Virus record (IMG/VR): IMGVR_UViG_3300020182_000012
Origin: a virus
Direction: 5' to 3' (one strand)
Length of the DNA: 64,000 nucleotides
The notes under the pieces are model-generated. The model was not told where the DNA came from and ran no database searches. It saw only the letters and a program-made list of their open reading frames with translations. Numbering within the stretch: position 1 is the stretch's first letter; each line of letters starts with the position of its first letter. Shown piece by piece: positions 8,750 through 19,229 of this stretch. The position numbers were made by a program, and so were the translations under genes.

Positions 8750-11557
8750 TTAAAATGGCCCTGCGCCATCGTCGTCTACTGCGTTAGTTGTACTCTTTGG
8801 CAAGTTTAAAGTGAGATTATCAGTTAAATTACTTGCATCTGTGTTAACATTCCTGCTGTAATTTTCAGTAACATCATCAGAATAAGCAGTCGGTCCGTTG
8901 TTGTTATTTGTACGAGGTACACTAACTCCTTGGTTAAATGCTAGATCATCGGCTGTAAATTCTCGCAACGTGCCTTGAATTCTTTGTGTAAATTTACCTG
9001 CTTTAAACATGTTGGTTATAGAATATGCTGCAAATACCAAACGTTCTTCGGCTACGTTTGTGTTGTTGTTGATAGCACCTTGGTCGATATTTTCTTTGTA
9101 TTTTGGTGTTAAGCCTGTTGCCAAATCATAGTCATTTGCTCTGTTAAAACGTACCTCAAACAATACTTCGCTGGCATTAACATTCAGGCTGCCGTCGGGT
9201 TCAAAAGGTGCAAGATTGTCCTCTGTGTAAAACACTTCGCTTTGCGTAATCCAGTCTGGGTCTCCAACAATTTCAAGATCAACTTTTAATACATCGGAGT
9301 CAGCATACAGTCTACCTGCTAATTGTGCAGCCGGCAGTGTTGATTCTCCTGCACCGCCTTGCTGACTTGACTCTGCTCCAACTGAAAACATTTGTTTATT
9401 AGCATATCTTCCGTCGCCGTCAACTGGTGCAGTTAATCCGCTGTTGCCAATTGGTGTTATATAGTTAGTGTTTGCTTCAAATTCAAGATTCAACACTTCT
9501 GTGTTTTCTCCGGTGAACAAATAATTATAGATCTTGTGCGACCCTCTATATGCCGACGGAGGGAAATAAGGAGACTTTGGTGTGTTGATCTGGTATCTGT
9601 TTACTTTGTAAGTAATTTCATATGCGTAATCTTTTCTCAAATTGTCCCAACCAAGTGGTTTACTTTGTTGTGTAATCTTGTACCACATTGTGGTCCCAAC
9701 TGGAGGGTTTGAAATTTCAGCTTTAGTTACTTCGTCAAATACTATGGTTTGTTGCGCAGTAACATACTCGCTGTTTTTCATTACCTGGTCAATCAACTGT
9801 GTAATTTGTGTACCTGCTGTGATACTATATGTTCGCCCTTGGCTATCAAAATTTTGTTTGTTTGCATTTAGTGATATATTTGGATCACTAGTAGTGGTCA
9901 TTGGTGTACGTGCTTTACTTGTTGTTCCTTGCTTTTTCATTTTAGCATCACGAAAAGCTGGAATGTCTTCTAGTACAATTTTGTACACATCTGCAATTTC
10001 CTGGGCACCTTTTTTTACCAGTTCACGTTGATTTTGATTTAATGCATCTGTTAGTCCCTGGGTTATAGTCGGAGATCCACTGCCGGCTTTACGATTGCCG
10101 CTTCCAAACTCTCCGCCGGCTGCACCTCCTGCAAAATCCTCTTCTGCAGCCGCACCTGCCGAAACTTGCATATTACCATTGAACAATGTGCCCACATCAG
10201 GTGCATTAAGTTGGAAGTTAAAAGGTATTGACCCCCTAGACGTACTAAATCCAACTGTTGTTTGGGGTATCATGCATTGTAGCTGATACTCAACAACTTG
10301 TGCAGCAAGTTTATATCTAAGCATGGCTATTTGAAAAGGAATAAACTTTTCTACCAAAGCATTTGGATCACTTGTAAACTCCCTGCCTTGGCCACTGACT
10401 AAGTTTCCATTTTCGTCATAGCCGTAAAATCTTATAACCATAAGATAATTTTGACCATTAATAGTTGCGCCTGGTTCCCCTGTGTGATCCCAAACTGCCT
10501 TGCGCAGTCTTTCTAAGAATGTTATGCCTTGAGGTTCAAGAACATCAAATTCAAGTGTAACAGCATTATGAGGGCTTCCAACTCCTTGGGTACCAACTAA
10601 ACATTTAAGCTCAACGTTTTCTGGATAAAAGTCCAAGTCAAAGAATTTGTTGCGTTCGCCAATTGTGGCACCACCGCTTTGGAACAACAACTGATTTCCC
10701 GGTAATGTTTTTCTATCAGACTGTATCATCCGAGTGTATTCGTCAATGTCCATAAGGTATACTGAAATAGTATAAGTCTGCGAAGCAAGGTTTATAAGTT
10801 GGTTTGGCGTAGGTACAATGGTTTCCAAAAATTCATTAGCAATGGCTGCACGACCTTCGACATTTGTACTAGAGGTGCGTTGATCATACGAGTCGTCGCT
10901 TGCGCTAACCGAATCAGCGGCAGCAATTCTGCCGTCTGGAGTTTGGGTATTAGTAACACTGACTACTTCAGTAGCAGCACCCACTGTGCTGATTGTTCCG
11001 CCATCGTCGGCACCTAGAGCAAATTCTCCGTCGGGTCCGCTCAGTGTTGCTAGCCTTGCATTTGTGGGGCTGTTGTTAACCGAATCGGAAGATACGATTG
11101 TTTCACCATCCAATACCTCAGTTCCAGTTGTTGGGCTACTAACTCTACTATCTTCATTGGCGCCAGCTTGATCACTAGCGACTTGTGATCCTGCACTGTC
11201 TGCTGGTAAATTGTCTATTCGTGCAACTTCGCTTGAGTTAGCGAGAGCTTGCAGTTCAACAGCAAGCAACCTATTAATAAGAGCATTAACTTCTGCTATG
11301 TTTTCGGCTATCCTAAATGTTGTTGCAGATTTGTCAGGATCAGTTGGTGGCATGCCGTCGTTTTGACGTTGCAAATTGTCCAAGGTAAAAATGTAACCGT
11401 TGGCTTTATCAAAGCCAATGCCCCAATCGGCATTGATTTCGTTCCAAGTTGCACCATCATCGACCTCAAATTCTAGGCGTTCAACCCACCCTACCAGATT
11501 ATTGATGTTGAGTTGTACGCTGCGCCTGGCTGTATCTATTTCTGCCGAGGTGGTCAT
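8750..11557 (-). CDS. Baseplate hub protein, gp27-like
   Basis: Lies between the gp53-like and gp5-like genes; LEIVGDP and GKFTQ C-terminal hub-like motifs. Confidence 0.55.
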   Translation of the reverse strand: MTTSAEIDTARRSVQLNINNLVGWVERLEFEVDDGATWNEINADWGIGFDKANGYIFTLDNLQRQNDGMPPTDPDKSATTFRIAENIAEVNALINRLLAVELQALANSSEVARIDNLPADSAGSQVASDQAGANEDSRVSSPTTGTEVLDGETIVSSDSVNNSPTNARLATLSGPDGEFALGADDGGTISTVGAATEVVSVTNTQTPDGRIAAADSVSASDDSYDQRTSSTNVEGRAAIANEFLETIVPTPNQLINLASQTYTISVYLMDIDEYTRMIQSDRKTLPGNQLLFQSGGATIGERNKFFDLDFYPENVELKCLVGTQGVGSPHNAVTLEFDVLEPQGITFLERLRKAVWDHTGEPGATINGQNYLMVIRFYGYDENGNLVSGQGREFTSDPNALVEKFIPFQIAMLRYKLAAQVVEYQLQCMIPQTTVGFSTSRGSIPFNFQLNAPDVGTLFNGNMQVSAGAAAEEDFAGGAAGGEFGSGNRKAGSGSPTITQGLTDALNQNQRELVKKGAQEIADVYKIVLEDIPAFRDAKMKKQGTTSKARTPMTTTSDPNISLNANKQNFDSQGRTYSITAGTQITQLIDQVMKNSEYVTAQQTIVFDEVTKAEISNPPVGTTMWYKITQQSKPLGWDNLRKDYAYEITYKVNRYQINTPKSPYFPPSAYRGSHKIYNYLFTGENTEVLNLEFEANTNYITPIGNSGLTAPVDGDGRYANKQMFSVGAESSQQGGAGESTLPAAQLAGRLYADSDVLKVDLEIVGDPDWITQSEVFYTEDNLAPFEPDGSLNVNASEVLFEVRFNRANDYDLATGLTPKYKENIDQGAINNNTNVAEERLVFAAYSITNMFKAGKFTQRIQGTLREFTADDLAFNQGVSVPRTNNNNGPTAYSDDVTENYSRNVNTDASNLTDNLTLNLPKSTTNAVDDDGAGPF

Positions 11558-11558
11558 G

Positions 11559-11870
11559 CTAGATTCCTAATACTTGGGACAAAGTTGCTTTTTGTGGTAG
11601 GTATATTGATGTATTGGTTGTAAAGTCCCCCAATGGATCTTGAAGTTGGTTTGGGTTTCTCTGTGCAAACACCCACCAAAGCGCCGCATCACCATACAAG
11701 TCGAATGCTAGCAAGTCTGGGCGAAGATTGTAAGTTTCATTAATAGTCATTAATAAGTCGTCTGCCAATTTAGGAATAGGTCGATTAACCATTACACCAA
11801 GATACGTCTGATTAACCACAGGTGTGTCAAAGTACGGACTGTTACTTGTATATATGTTATCCATTACCAC
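11559..11870 (-). CDS. Baseplate wedge gp53/LysM-like protein
   Basis: RPDLLAFDLYG...LWWVF..N motif. Confidence 0.8.
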   Translation of the reverse strand: MVMDNIYTSNSPYFDTPVVNQTYLGVMVNRPIPKLADDLLMTINETYNLRPDLLAFDLYGDAALWWVFAQRNPNQLQDPLGDFTTNTSIYLPQKATLSQVLGI

Positions 11871-13462
11871 ATCCCTTTCTTAATTAAGTTACCGTTTGCA
11901 TATTCCTTGAGACTAAAATCTTGACTAACTTGTCGTCTACTTGCAATTGGAAGTAAGTTAAGAGTCATTGACATCTTAGTTGGTACGTATGTTGCACCTT
12001 TGCTTCCTAATGGCCCGGGTGTTGGTGTAAATGGTTTTGCACCAACTTGGAGCGGCTGTGTTCCACCGCCGAACAATCTTGTAGCTGCCGTGGACAATCT
12101 AGTTAAACTAGAAAAGTTACCATTGGTTGCACTTGTTGCTAGAGGTTTTTGATATTGCAAATTATCTGCGCCTGTTATGTGTCGGCTTCTTGCTCTGATA
12201 TAGTTAACATCAGACGGTAAATTCAAGTTAAACTCTGCTATCACACAAGGAGACTCGTTGAATTGATATTCGCCAAGGCCAGACAAATACAACAATGGCG
12301 GTGGTGAACCACGCTCTGCATCTTGGCCATAAAACATTTTACTAGCACTCTTAAAGAAATGCATAACTGCCAACAAGTATTCAGCTTCAACTGTGTCTTG
12401 TGCAGTGAATTCAGCAGTAACTTGTATAGTCTGAACACTTGATCCTTTGTAGAAATAGTGCATATAGTTGCTGTGCGTTGGTTGATAATTATTGTAATCT
12501 GACCTATATTGTAAATCAATTTGCGGAGTATACGGAAATATAACACCGTCAGTGACTGCCAATGGAGCAAGTATACCCGGGTTGCTTGCTTTGTACAAGT
12601 AGTTTGCCTGAGGTGCAAGTCTTAACTTAACACGCCAATCACCGTCGGCATTTTTAACACCGCTTGCTTCTCGTTGTGCACTAACAGTTTGCTGGTTACG
12701 TGCCTTAATAAGCAATTGGTTAGCATCAATTGCTCTCTCCATTTCTTCCATGTCTGTATAAGGCGCTAGTCCTCGAGCAACACGTTCTTCATTTATTAAC
12801 CTTGCAACTTCCGGATCGCTAAGGTCAGGTACAACTTTATCTCTGAATACTGTTTCCAAGACATCAGCATCTGTTGGTGATACTGTGTAAGGATTGTCTT
12901 GGAAGCCAGGAAGCTGGTTAAGTATTTTTCCAGGATATAATATAGTTTCTTCCGTTAGTGGTGGGCCTAGTCCAAGCTTGTACTTTTCTATTCTTCCTGG
13001 GCCAGCATTATATGCTTGAAGAATTTCTGCAGGCGTGTAGTTTGGATATTCTTTCCTAAGTCCTTCGAGATACTGTCTAGCAAATTCTCTAGCTCTCACC
13101 GGATCGAGAACTTCTCGAATAGTAATAGGCTCAACACCATACCCAGGATCGGCTGCGGTCTCTGGTATAATCTGGTACACACCTAAAGCGCCTGCTGGAG
13201 ACACTGCATTAGGGTTGTTGCCTGATTCAACAACTGCCAACGCATCAAGTAAATCATCTGTTACCCACGAAGTTTGTAAAGATTCTGTGTCAACAAGCTG
13301 ACCATAGCTAGAGTTACGAGCTATAGTACCAGTTGTATCAAGTGTGTAATCACCATCGCTTATTGCTATACCAGCAAGAGTTCTAAGACCATTTTCACTA
13401 AGTCCGGGATATTGCTGTGCTAATTCATTGTATAGATCAGCTAATTTTTGATTGTACGGCAT
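11864..13462 (-). CDS. Lytic transglycosylase (SLT) domain fused to a gp48/tube-initiator-like baseplate domain
   Basis: VESG.NPNAVS.AGA.G..Q..P.TA and AYNAGPG..ET..Y SLT motifs; C-terminal FPYTP...PPP.L.L domain. Confidence 0.75.
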   Translation of the reverse strand: MPYNQKLADLYNELAQQYPGLSENGLRTLAGIAISDGDYTLDTTGTIARNSSYGQLVDTESLQTSWVTDDLLDALAVVESGNNPNAVSPAGALGVYQIIPETAADPGYGVEPITIREVLDPVRAREFARQYLEGLRKEYPNYTPAEILQAYNAGPGRIEKYKLGLGPPLTEETILYPGKILNQLPGFQDNPYTVSPTDADVLETVFRDKVVPDLSDPEVARLINEERVARGLAPYTDMEEMERAIDANQLLIKARNQQTVSAQREASGVKNADGDWRVKLRLAPQANYLYKASNPGILAPLAVTDGVIFPYTPQIDLQYRSDYNNYQPTHSNYMHYFYKGSSVQTIQVTAEFTAQDTVEAEYLLAVMHFFKSASKMFYGQDAERGSPPPLLYLSGLGEYQFNESPCVIAEFNLNLPSDVNYIRARSRHITGADNLQYQKPLATSATNGNFSSLTRLSTAATRLFGGGTQPLQVGAKPFTPTPGPLGSKGATYVPTKMSMTLNLLPIASRRQVSQDFSLKEYANGNLIKKGMW

Positions 13463-13512
13463 GTTGACTCCTATGCATTATTTATGGCGATCAAAAACGG
13501 CTAACTTAATGA

Positions 13513-13541
13513 TTGACAGCCCCCTCTACATCGTTTATACT
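13513..13541 (+). promoter_or_regulatory. Sigma70-type promoter for the late sigma gene
   Basis: TTGACA-N17-TATACT, followed by GGAG and ATG at 13565. Confidence 0.75.
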
Positions 13542-13564
13542 AAGTACAATTATGGAGAACTTAA

Positions 13565-14479
13565 ATGGCATTAGCTAAAAAAACACCTGTTAAAAAACCT
13601 AAAAAAGTTAACTACCTCAACAACCGAGATATTCTCAAAGAAATTTACAAAAGTAAAAGCACATATTGTTCATACCTAGAGCCGGGTCAAGCTCAGTATG
13701 ACATTATTTTGCCCAGTGTGGACAAAATCAATCAGCGCACTGTTGCAGAAGCACGGCGTAACAAAGCCGATCGCATCAAACGAGAAACAGGCGAAATAGT
13801 TGATCCAACAAAACTCAGCAACCAAGAGCTTGTATTTCGCATTACCACTTGGGATCACATTCCAATGGTGCCAAAAAAGCTAACCAAAGCACAAGAAAAG
13901 AAGAAATCCAAACTAGAAGAAATTCTAGAAATGGATGATGTTGATTATTCCGACGATGGACTACAAGAGCTTATGACCGAAGTAGAACAAGATCTCAACT
14001 ATATAAAGTTGAATTTTCCACCATTTTGGCATTACATGATCGACGACAACAAAGTTCCGTATGTTGTGGGTAAAAGTCACTGGGTCGGCGGACTAGACAA
14101 TGGTCACTTCTCAAAAGATCACGGTAAAATGACAGACAAATTAGCACACATGTTTATCAAGTTGTGCGAACGCTATGCTACACGTTCAAATTGGCGTGGG
14201 TATACTTACAACGAAGAAATGCGTGGCCAGGCATTGTTGCAACTCAGCCAAATTGGTTTACAATTTGATGAAAGCAAATCGCAAAATCCGTTTGCATACT
14301 ATACCGCTGCTATTACCAACAGTTTTACTAGGGTACTAAACATTGAAAAGAAAAATCAAAACATTCGTGATGATATTCTAGAAAATGCAGGCTTGAATCC
14401 GAGTTGGACACGACAGTTTAACAACTCAGCAGAATCAAAACGTTTTATTGCAGAAACTAAAGCAACCAAAACCAAATAA
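13565..14479 (+). CDS. Late-transcription sigma factor, T4 gp55-like
   Basis: NYLNN.D.L, NWRGYTY.EEM, FDE.KSQNPFAYYT..I.NSF.R...EKK motifs; upstream of gp47/gp46 as in T4. Confidence 0.85.
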   Translation: MALAKKTPVKKPKKVNYLNNRDILKEIYKSKSTYCSYLEPGQAQYDIILPSVDKINQRTVAEARRNKADRIKRETGEIVDPTKLSNQELVFRITTWDHIPMVPKKLTKAQEKKKSKLEEILEMDDVDYSDDGLQELMTEVEQDLNYIKLNFPPFWHYMIDDNKVPYVVGKSHWVGGLDNGHFSKDHGKMTDKLAHMFIKLCERYATRSNWRGYTYNEEMRGQALLQLSQIGLQFDESKSQNPFAYYTAAITNSFTRVLNIEKKNQNIRDDILENAGLNPSWTRQFNNSAESKRFIAETKATKTK

Positions 14480-14489
14480 GGACTTATAC

Positions 14490-15503
14490 ATGAGTTTGTT
14501 CAAAAAGGCCTTGGTCTTTACTGACATCCACTTTGGCATGAAAAGTAACAGTGCTCTTCACAATCAAGATTGTGAGGAGTTTGTTGAGTGGGCAGTAGAA
14601 CAGGGCAAATTGCACGGTTGCGAAACTTGCATCTTTATGGGAGATTGGCATCACCATAGAGCAAGTTTGAGTTTGCAAACAATGCATCATAGTTTGAGAG
14701 CATTGGAAAAGCTAAGTTCAGGTTTCGACAACACACATTTTATCACGGGCAATCACGATTTGTACTACAGAGACAAGCGTGACATTTACAGTTACGAGTG
14801 GGCACAGCATATTCCAAATGTGCACATTCACAACGAATGGTTTGAACAAGACGATGTTATACTTGTTCCGTGGCTGGTTGGTGATGATTATAAACGTGTT
14901 AAAAATGCCAGTGCCAAGTATATGTTTGGACACTTTGAACTTCCCCACTTTAAGATGAATGCAATGGTAGAAATGCCAGATCATGGTGATATTAACGCAG
15001 AACATTTTACTGGCTACGGAGAAGTTTTCAGTGGGCACTTCCACTTACGGCAAAAGAAGAACAACATCAACTACATTGGTAATGCGTTTCCGCATAACTT
15101 CTCTGATGCCGGTGACGATCAGCGCGGAGTGATGATACTAGATTGGGATGGTACTAAGGAATACATCTCTTGGCCCAATCAGCCTTTGTACAGTGTTATG
15201 AATCTTAGCGATGTAATCGACTTTGCCGACGAACGACTCAAACCAAGAATGCATGTTCGTGTTAACTTGGATATTGAAATTTCTTACGAAGAAGCAAACT
15301 ACATCAAAGAGCAATACATCACCAAGTACCAATTGCGAGAGATGGCATTGATTCCCAACAAGCAAAGTGCACTAGAAGAAGAAATGAATCCTGGTGATAT
15401 TAAGTTCGAAAGTGTTGATCAGATTATCACTGAACAGATTATTGCAATTGACAGTGAGTTTTACGACAACAAATTATTGCTAGAAATATACAGGAGCTTG
15501 TAG
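14490..15503 (+). CDS. Recombination endonuclease, gp47/Mre11/SbcD-like
   Basis: Phosphoesterase motifs TDIHFG, GDW, GNHD, SGHFH; start placed at MSLFKK after AGGA. Confidence 0.9.
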   Translation: MSLFKKALVFTDIHFGMKSNSALHNQDCEEFVEWAVEQGKLHGCETCIFMGDWHHHRASLSLQTMHHSLRALEKLSSGFDNTHFITGNHDLYYRDKRDIYSYEWAQHIPNVHIHNEWFEQDDVILVPWLVGDDYKRVKNASAKYMFGHFELPHFKMNAMVEMPDHGDINAEHFTGYGEVFSGHFHLRQKKNNINYIGNAFPHNFSDAGDDQRGVMILDWDGTKEYISWPNQPLYSVMNLSDVIDFADERLKPRMHVRVNLDIEISYEEANYIKEQYITKYQLREMALIPNKQSALEEEMNPGDIKFESVDQIITEQIIAIDSEFYDNKLLLEIYRSL

Positions 15504-17012
15504 ATGCATTTTAAAGTATTTGAAAAGCAATATCTTTCAAATTTTGAAATACTAGATTTGATCGATTTGCACAGTGTCTCAGTGTCGCCAGACTCGGCTT
15601 ATCAGACATTTCAAAAACTATACCAAGCATCATATACCAATAATCAAAGATTGGTTTTTTATAGCCAGTATACCATACCCGAAAGTTTGCTTACACACCT
15701 GTACAATGCTGCATTTGACATTGATATTAGTAATTTTTTTATAATAATTGCATGCCCAGATGCTGACAGCATTATTGCAAAAACTGGACAAGTCACTACT
15801 ACAGATTTATTCACCGGGATTGATGTTACAGTTGACAGTATTAAATTAGAAAATCAGTATACATTAAGCAACACGATATGCCCACAATTATGGGATCATC
15901 TGCGCATTAGTAATAGAGGAGAAGTATCTCCTTGTTGTGTTTACGATGGAAAAATCAGTGACTATGACAGAACCAACCAGTCTCTTGAAAGTTTATTTCA
16001 CAGCAACGAAATGAATTCTATTAGAGAAAAAATGCTCAACGGACAGAGACCAAAAGGGTGCGAAAAATGCTGGAACGCTGAAGACGGAAATATCACTAGT
16101 CATCGCATGCGACATTTGTCTTACAAAAAACAAACAATGTTAACCAGGGGGTTAGACAATCCTTTGCTGTCTAGTTTTGACTTTGCCGCCGGAAACACTT
16201 GTAATTTTAAGTGTCGAATATGCAACGTCACTGATAGCAGTTTATATGCAGTTGAGTACGAAAAATTCAAAAATACTCCATCAGGCATGGACTATTATGA
16301 TGTAAATACTCCAACTTATCAATTTAATCATTACTCTCAAGTAATCAACGAATTAAAAACTCTTGTTGCTAAAAATCAAATTGTAAACATTGATTTTTAC
16401 GGAGGAGAACCATTATACAACAAAAATGTTTTGGAATTTATATACTGGGCTGTTGATAATCAATACTCGCAAAATCTTAGACTGCATCTCAATACCAATG
16501 GTAGTATTTTTCCAGAAAAGTTAGAAAACTGCTGGAAACTTTTTAAACATATTGATATACAATTTAGTATAGATAACATTGACGATAGATTTCAACTAGA
16601 AAGAGGTAGTACTTGGCAAACAGTTGACACTAACATTAGACGTTTTATTAATTTAAAATTACCCAATGCAACAATGGGTATAATGCCAGTAATAAGCATT
16701 ATGAATATTCTTTATCTTGATGAAGTTGTTGATTGGGCTAAAAGCTTAGAACTCAATGTTCAGTTTGTTATGCTTACTCAACCAAAAGCATTTTCTGTTG
16801 CAAATCTTACCCTAATGGCTCAACAAATGTGCATTGATAAATGTGTTAATTCTACACACGAATGTGTACAATCACTTGTAAGTTACTTGCAAAACATTAC
16901 GCCCAGCAACGGTACCGAGTTTAGTCAAGCTGTTAAACACTTCGACAAAATTAGAAATCAAGACTTTCGAAAGACACATTATGATATTGCAAAAGCAATG
17001 AATCTATGTTAG
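15504..17012 (+). CDS. Radical SAM protein with SPASM/twitch-like domain
   Basis: CNFKCRIC (CxxxCxxC), GGEP and NTNG motifs; upstream C...PCC...CEKC cluster. Confidence 0.85.
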   Translation: MHFKVFEKQYLSNFEILDLIDLHSVSVSPDSAYQTFQKLYQASYTNNQRLVFYSQYTIPESLLTHLYNAAFDIDISNFFIIIACPDADSIIAKTGQVTTTDLFTGIDVTVDSIKLENQYTLSNTICPQLWDHLRISNRGEVSPCCVYDGKISDYDRTNQSLESLFHSNEMNSIREKMLNGQRPKGCEKCWNAEDGNITSHRMRHLSYKKQTMLTRGLDNPLLSSFDFAAGNTCNFKCRICNVTDSSLYAVEYEKFKNTPSGMDYYDVNTPTYQFNHYSQVINELKTLVAKNQIVNIDFYGGEPLYNKNVLEFIYWAVDNQYSQNLRLHLNTNGSIFPEKLENCWKLFKHIDIQFSIDNIDDRFQLERGSTWQTVDTNIRRFINLKLPNATMGIMPVISIMNILYLDEVVDWAKSLELNVQFVMLTQPKAFSVANLTLMAQQMCIDKCVNSTHECVQSLVSYLQNITPSNGTEFSQAVKHFDKIRNQDFRKTHYDIAKAMNLC

Positions 17013-17015
17013 TAT
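16987..17015 (+). promoter_or_regulatory. Possible sigma70-type promoter for gp46 (likely leaderless)
   Basis: TTGCAA-N17-TAGTAT with TG extension; ATG 6 nt downstream; no SD. Confidence 0.4.
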
Positions 17016-17021
17016 AATTAC

Positions 17022-18779
17022 ATGATACAACTTAAAGACCTTACAGTTAAAAACTTTATGAGTGTAGGTAACTCTACACAAGCAATTAACTTTGACAGAC
17101 AAGACCTTACATTGGTACTAGGTGAGAACCTTGACCTTGGCGGCGATGGCAGCAGAAATGGTACTGGTAAAACTACTATCATTAATGCACTTAGCTATGC
17201 ATTATACGGTCAAGCACTTACTAATATCAAACGCAACAATCTAATCAACAAGACTAACAGCAAAGGTATGTTGGTCAGTTTAGACTTTTGCATGGGAGAG
17301 AAGTGCTATCGAATCGAACGTGGCCGTAGTCCCAATGTATTGAAGTTTTATATTAACAACAGCGAACAAGAAGCTGATGACAATGCACAAGGCGATAGCA
17401 GAGAAACTCAGGGTGCTATCAACAAACTTTTGAATATGAGTCACACCATGTTCAAACACTTGGTAGCACTAAACACTTACACCGAACCGTTTTTAAGTCT
17501 CAAAACAAACGATCAACGTGAGATAATCGAGCAACTGCTGGGTATTACATTGCTCAGTGAACGTGCTGATAAAATCAAAGAACTAAGCAAAAACACCAAA
17601 GACTTAATCAAAGAAGAAGAAATGTCAATTCGGGCATTACAAAATGCCAATGAAAAAATTGGCGAGCAAGTTGATGCACTTAAACGCAGACAAACTCTTT
17701 GGTTGAATAAAAACAAAGAAGAAATTGTCAACATTGAACGTGCTATTAGTGATTTAGCACATGTTAATATCGAATCTGAACTCGAAGCACACGAACAGTT
17801 AGTTAACTGGAGAGTGATTGATAACGAGCAATCGCAATTACAAAAAGACATTGCTGCGCTACAGGCACAAGTTAGCCGAGCTGATAGAGATTTCAAAAGA
17901 ACTAAAAAGTCAATTGACAGCATCGAAGATGGTACTTGTAGCGCATGTGGACAAAGTGTTGATCACCTCGAAACACACAAACAACAAATGATTGATGCAA
18001 AAAAAGAACATCAAGATGCAGCCACCTTCCTAACAGAATTAGAGCAAGGCATTGCCACACTGTTAACTGGAAAGAAAGATGTGCCTGCGAAGCCTAAGAC
18101 ATTTTATGATAACTTAACTGATGCACACAATCACAAGTCAACACTAAGCTCTCTTGAAACGCAACTAGAAAACAAGAAGGACGAAACTGATCCTTATGTT
18201 GAGCAAATAGCTGATATGGAAACTTCAGCGTTGCAAGAAATTAGTTACGAAAAAGTAAACGACTTAACACGATTGCAAGAACATCAAGACTTCCTGTTAA
18301 AGTTGCTAACAAACAAAGATAGTTTTGTTAGAAAACGCATTATTGACCAAAACCTTTCTTATCTAAATTCTAGATTAACGCATTACTTAGATCGGATAGG
18401 TTTGCCACACACTGTTATATTTCAAAACGATCTCACAGTAGAGATCCAGGAGCTGGGCAGAGACTTGGACTTTGACAACTTGTCACGTGGTGAGCGCAAC
18501 AGACTTATACTAAGCATGAGTTGGGCGTTTCGTGATGTATGGGAGAGCTTGTATGGCTCAATCAACTTGTTGTTCATTGACGAGCTAGTAGATTCAGGCA
18601 TGGACACATCAGGTGTTGAAGCAAGTTTAGCACTGCTTAAAAAGATGGCTCGCGAACGTAACAAGAGTATCTGGCTTGTTTCGCACAAGGATGAACTTGC
18701 AGGTCGTGTAAATAACTTGCTTAAAGTTGTTAAAGAAAACGGCTTTACAAGTTATAGCAACGATGTGGAAATAATCTGA
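17022..18779 (+). CDS. Recombination ATPase, gp46/Rad50/SbcC-like
   Basis: KNFMS, Walker A NGTGKTT, zinc hook CSACG, signature LSRGE, Walker B LFIDE, SH motif. Confidence 0.92.
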   Translation: MIQLKDLTVKNFMSVGNSTQAINFDRQDLTLVLGENLDLGGDGSRNGTGKTTIINALSYALYGQALTNIKRNNLINKTNSKGMLVSLDFCMGEKCYRIERGRSPNVLKFYINNSEQEADDNAQGDSRETQGAINKLLNMSHTMFKHLVALNTYTEPFLSLKTNDQREIIEQLLGITLLSERADKIKELSKNTKDLIKEEEMSIRALQNANEKIGEQVDALKRRQTLWLNKNKEEIVNIERAISDLAHVNIESELEAHEQLVNWRVIDNEQSQLQKDIAALQAQVSRADRDFKRTKKSIDSIEDGTCSACGQSVDHLETHKQQMIDAKKEHQDAATFLTELEQGIATLLTGKKDVPAKPKTFYDNLTDAHNHKSTLSSLETQLENKKDETDPYVEQIADMETSALQEISYEKVNDLTRLQEHQDFLLKLLTNKDSFVRKRIIDQNLSYLNSRLTHYLDRIGLPHTVIFQNDLTVEIQELGRDLDFDNLSRGERNRLILSMSWAFRDVWESLYGSINLLFIDELVDSGMDTSGVEASLALLKKMARERNKSIWLVSHKDELAGRVNNLLKVVKENGFTSYSNDVEII

Positions 18780-18790
18780 TAAATGTTTAT

Positions 18791-19198
18791 ATGACATGGT
18801 ATTATAAAGACACCGAAGTAGAAGACATTCCGGAGGGCGCAATTGGGTTTGTGTATTTGATTACAAATACAACAAACAACCGAAAGTATATTGGTAAGAA
18901 ACTTGCACAATTTAAACGCAGCCGAAAGCCACTTAAAGGCAAAGTTAATAAACGTAGATACACTGTTGAAAGTGATTGGAAGGACTACTACGGAAGTAGC
19001 GATGCACTGTCAGCTGATGTAGAATTACTAGGCAAAGACAAGTTCAAACGTGAAATAATGTTTTGGTGTAGCAGCAAAAGCGAACTTAGCTACATCGAAG
19101 CTAGAGAACAATTTGCGCACCGGGTACTGGAAAGTAAAGACTGGTACAACGGGCACATACAAGTACGTGTGCACCAAAAAGGCATACTAAAAGAATAA
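18791..19198 (+). CDS. Short GIY-YIG-family nuclease
   Basis: GFVY.ITN...RKYIGKK, YYGSS, conserved E and YN; 135 aa, catalytic domain only. Confidence 0.75.
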   Translation: MTWYYKDTEVEDIPEGAIGFVYLITNTTNNRKYIGKKLAQFKRSRKPLKGKVNKRRYTVESDWKDYYGSSDALSADVELLGKDKFKREIMFWCSSKSELSYIEAREQFAHRVLESKDWYNGHIQVRVHQKGILKE

Positions 19199-19229
19199 AA
19201 TTACACAATAGATAACTAATTGCATAACT

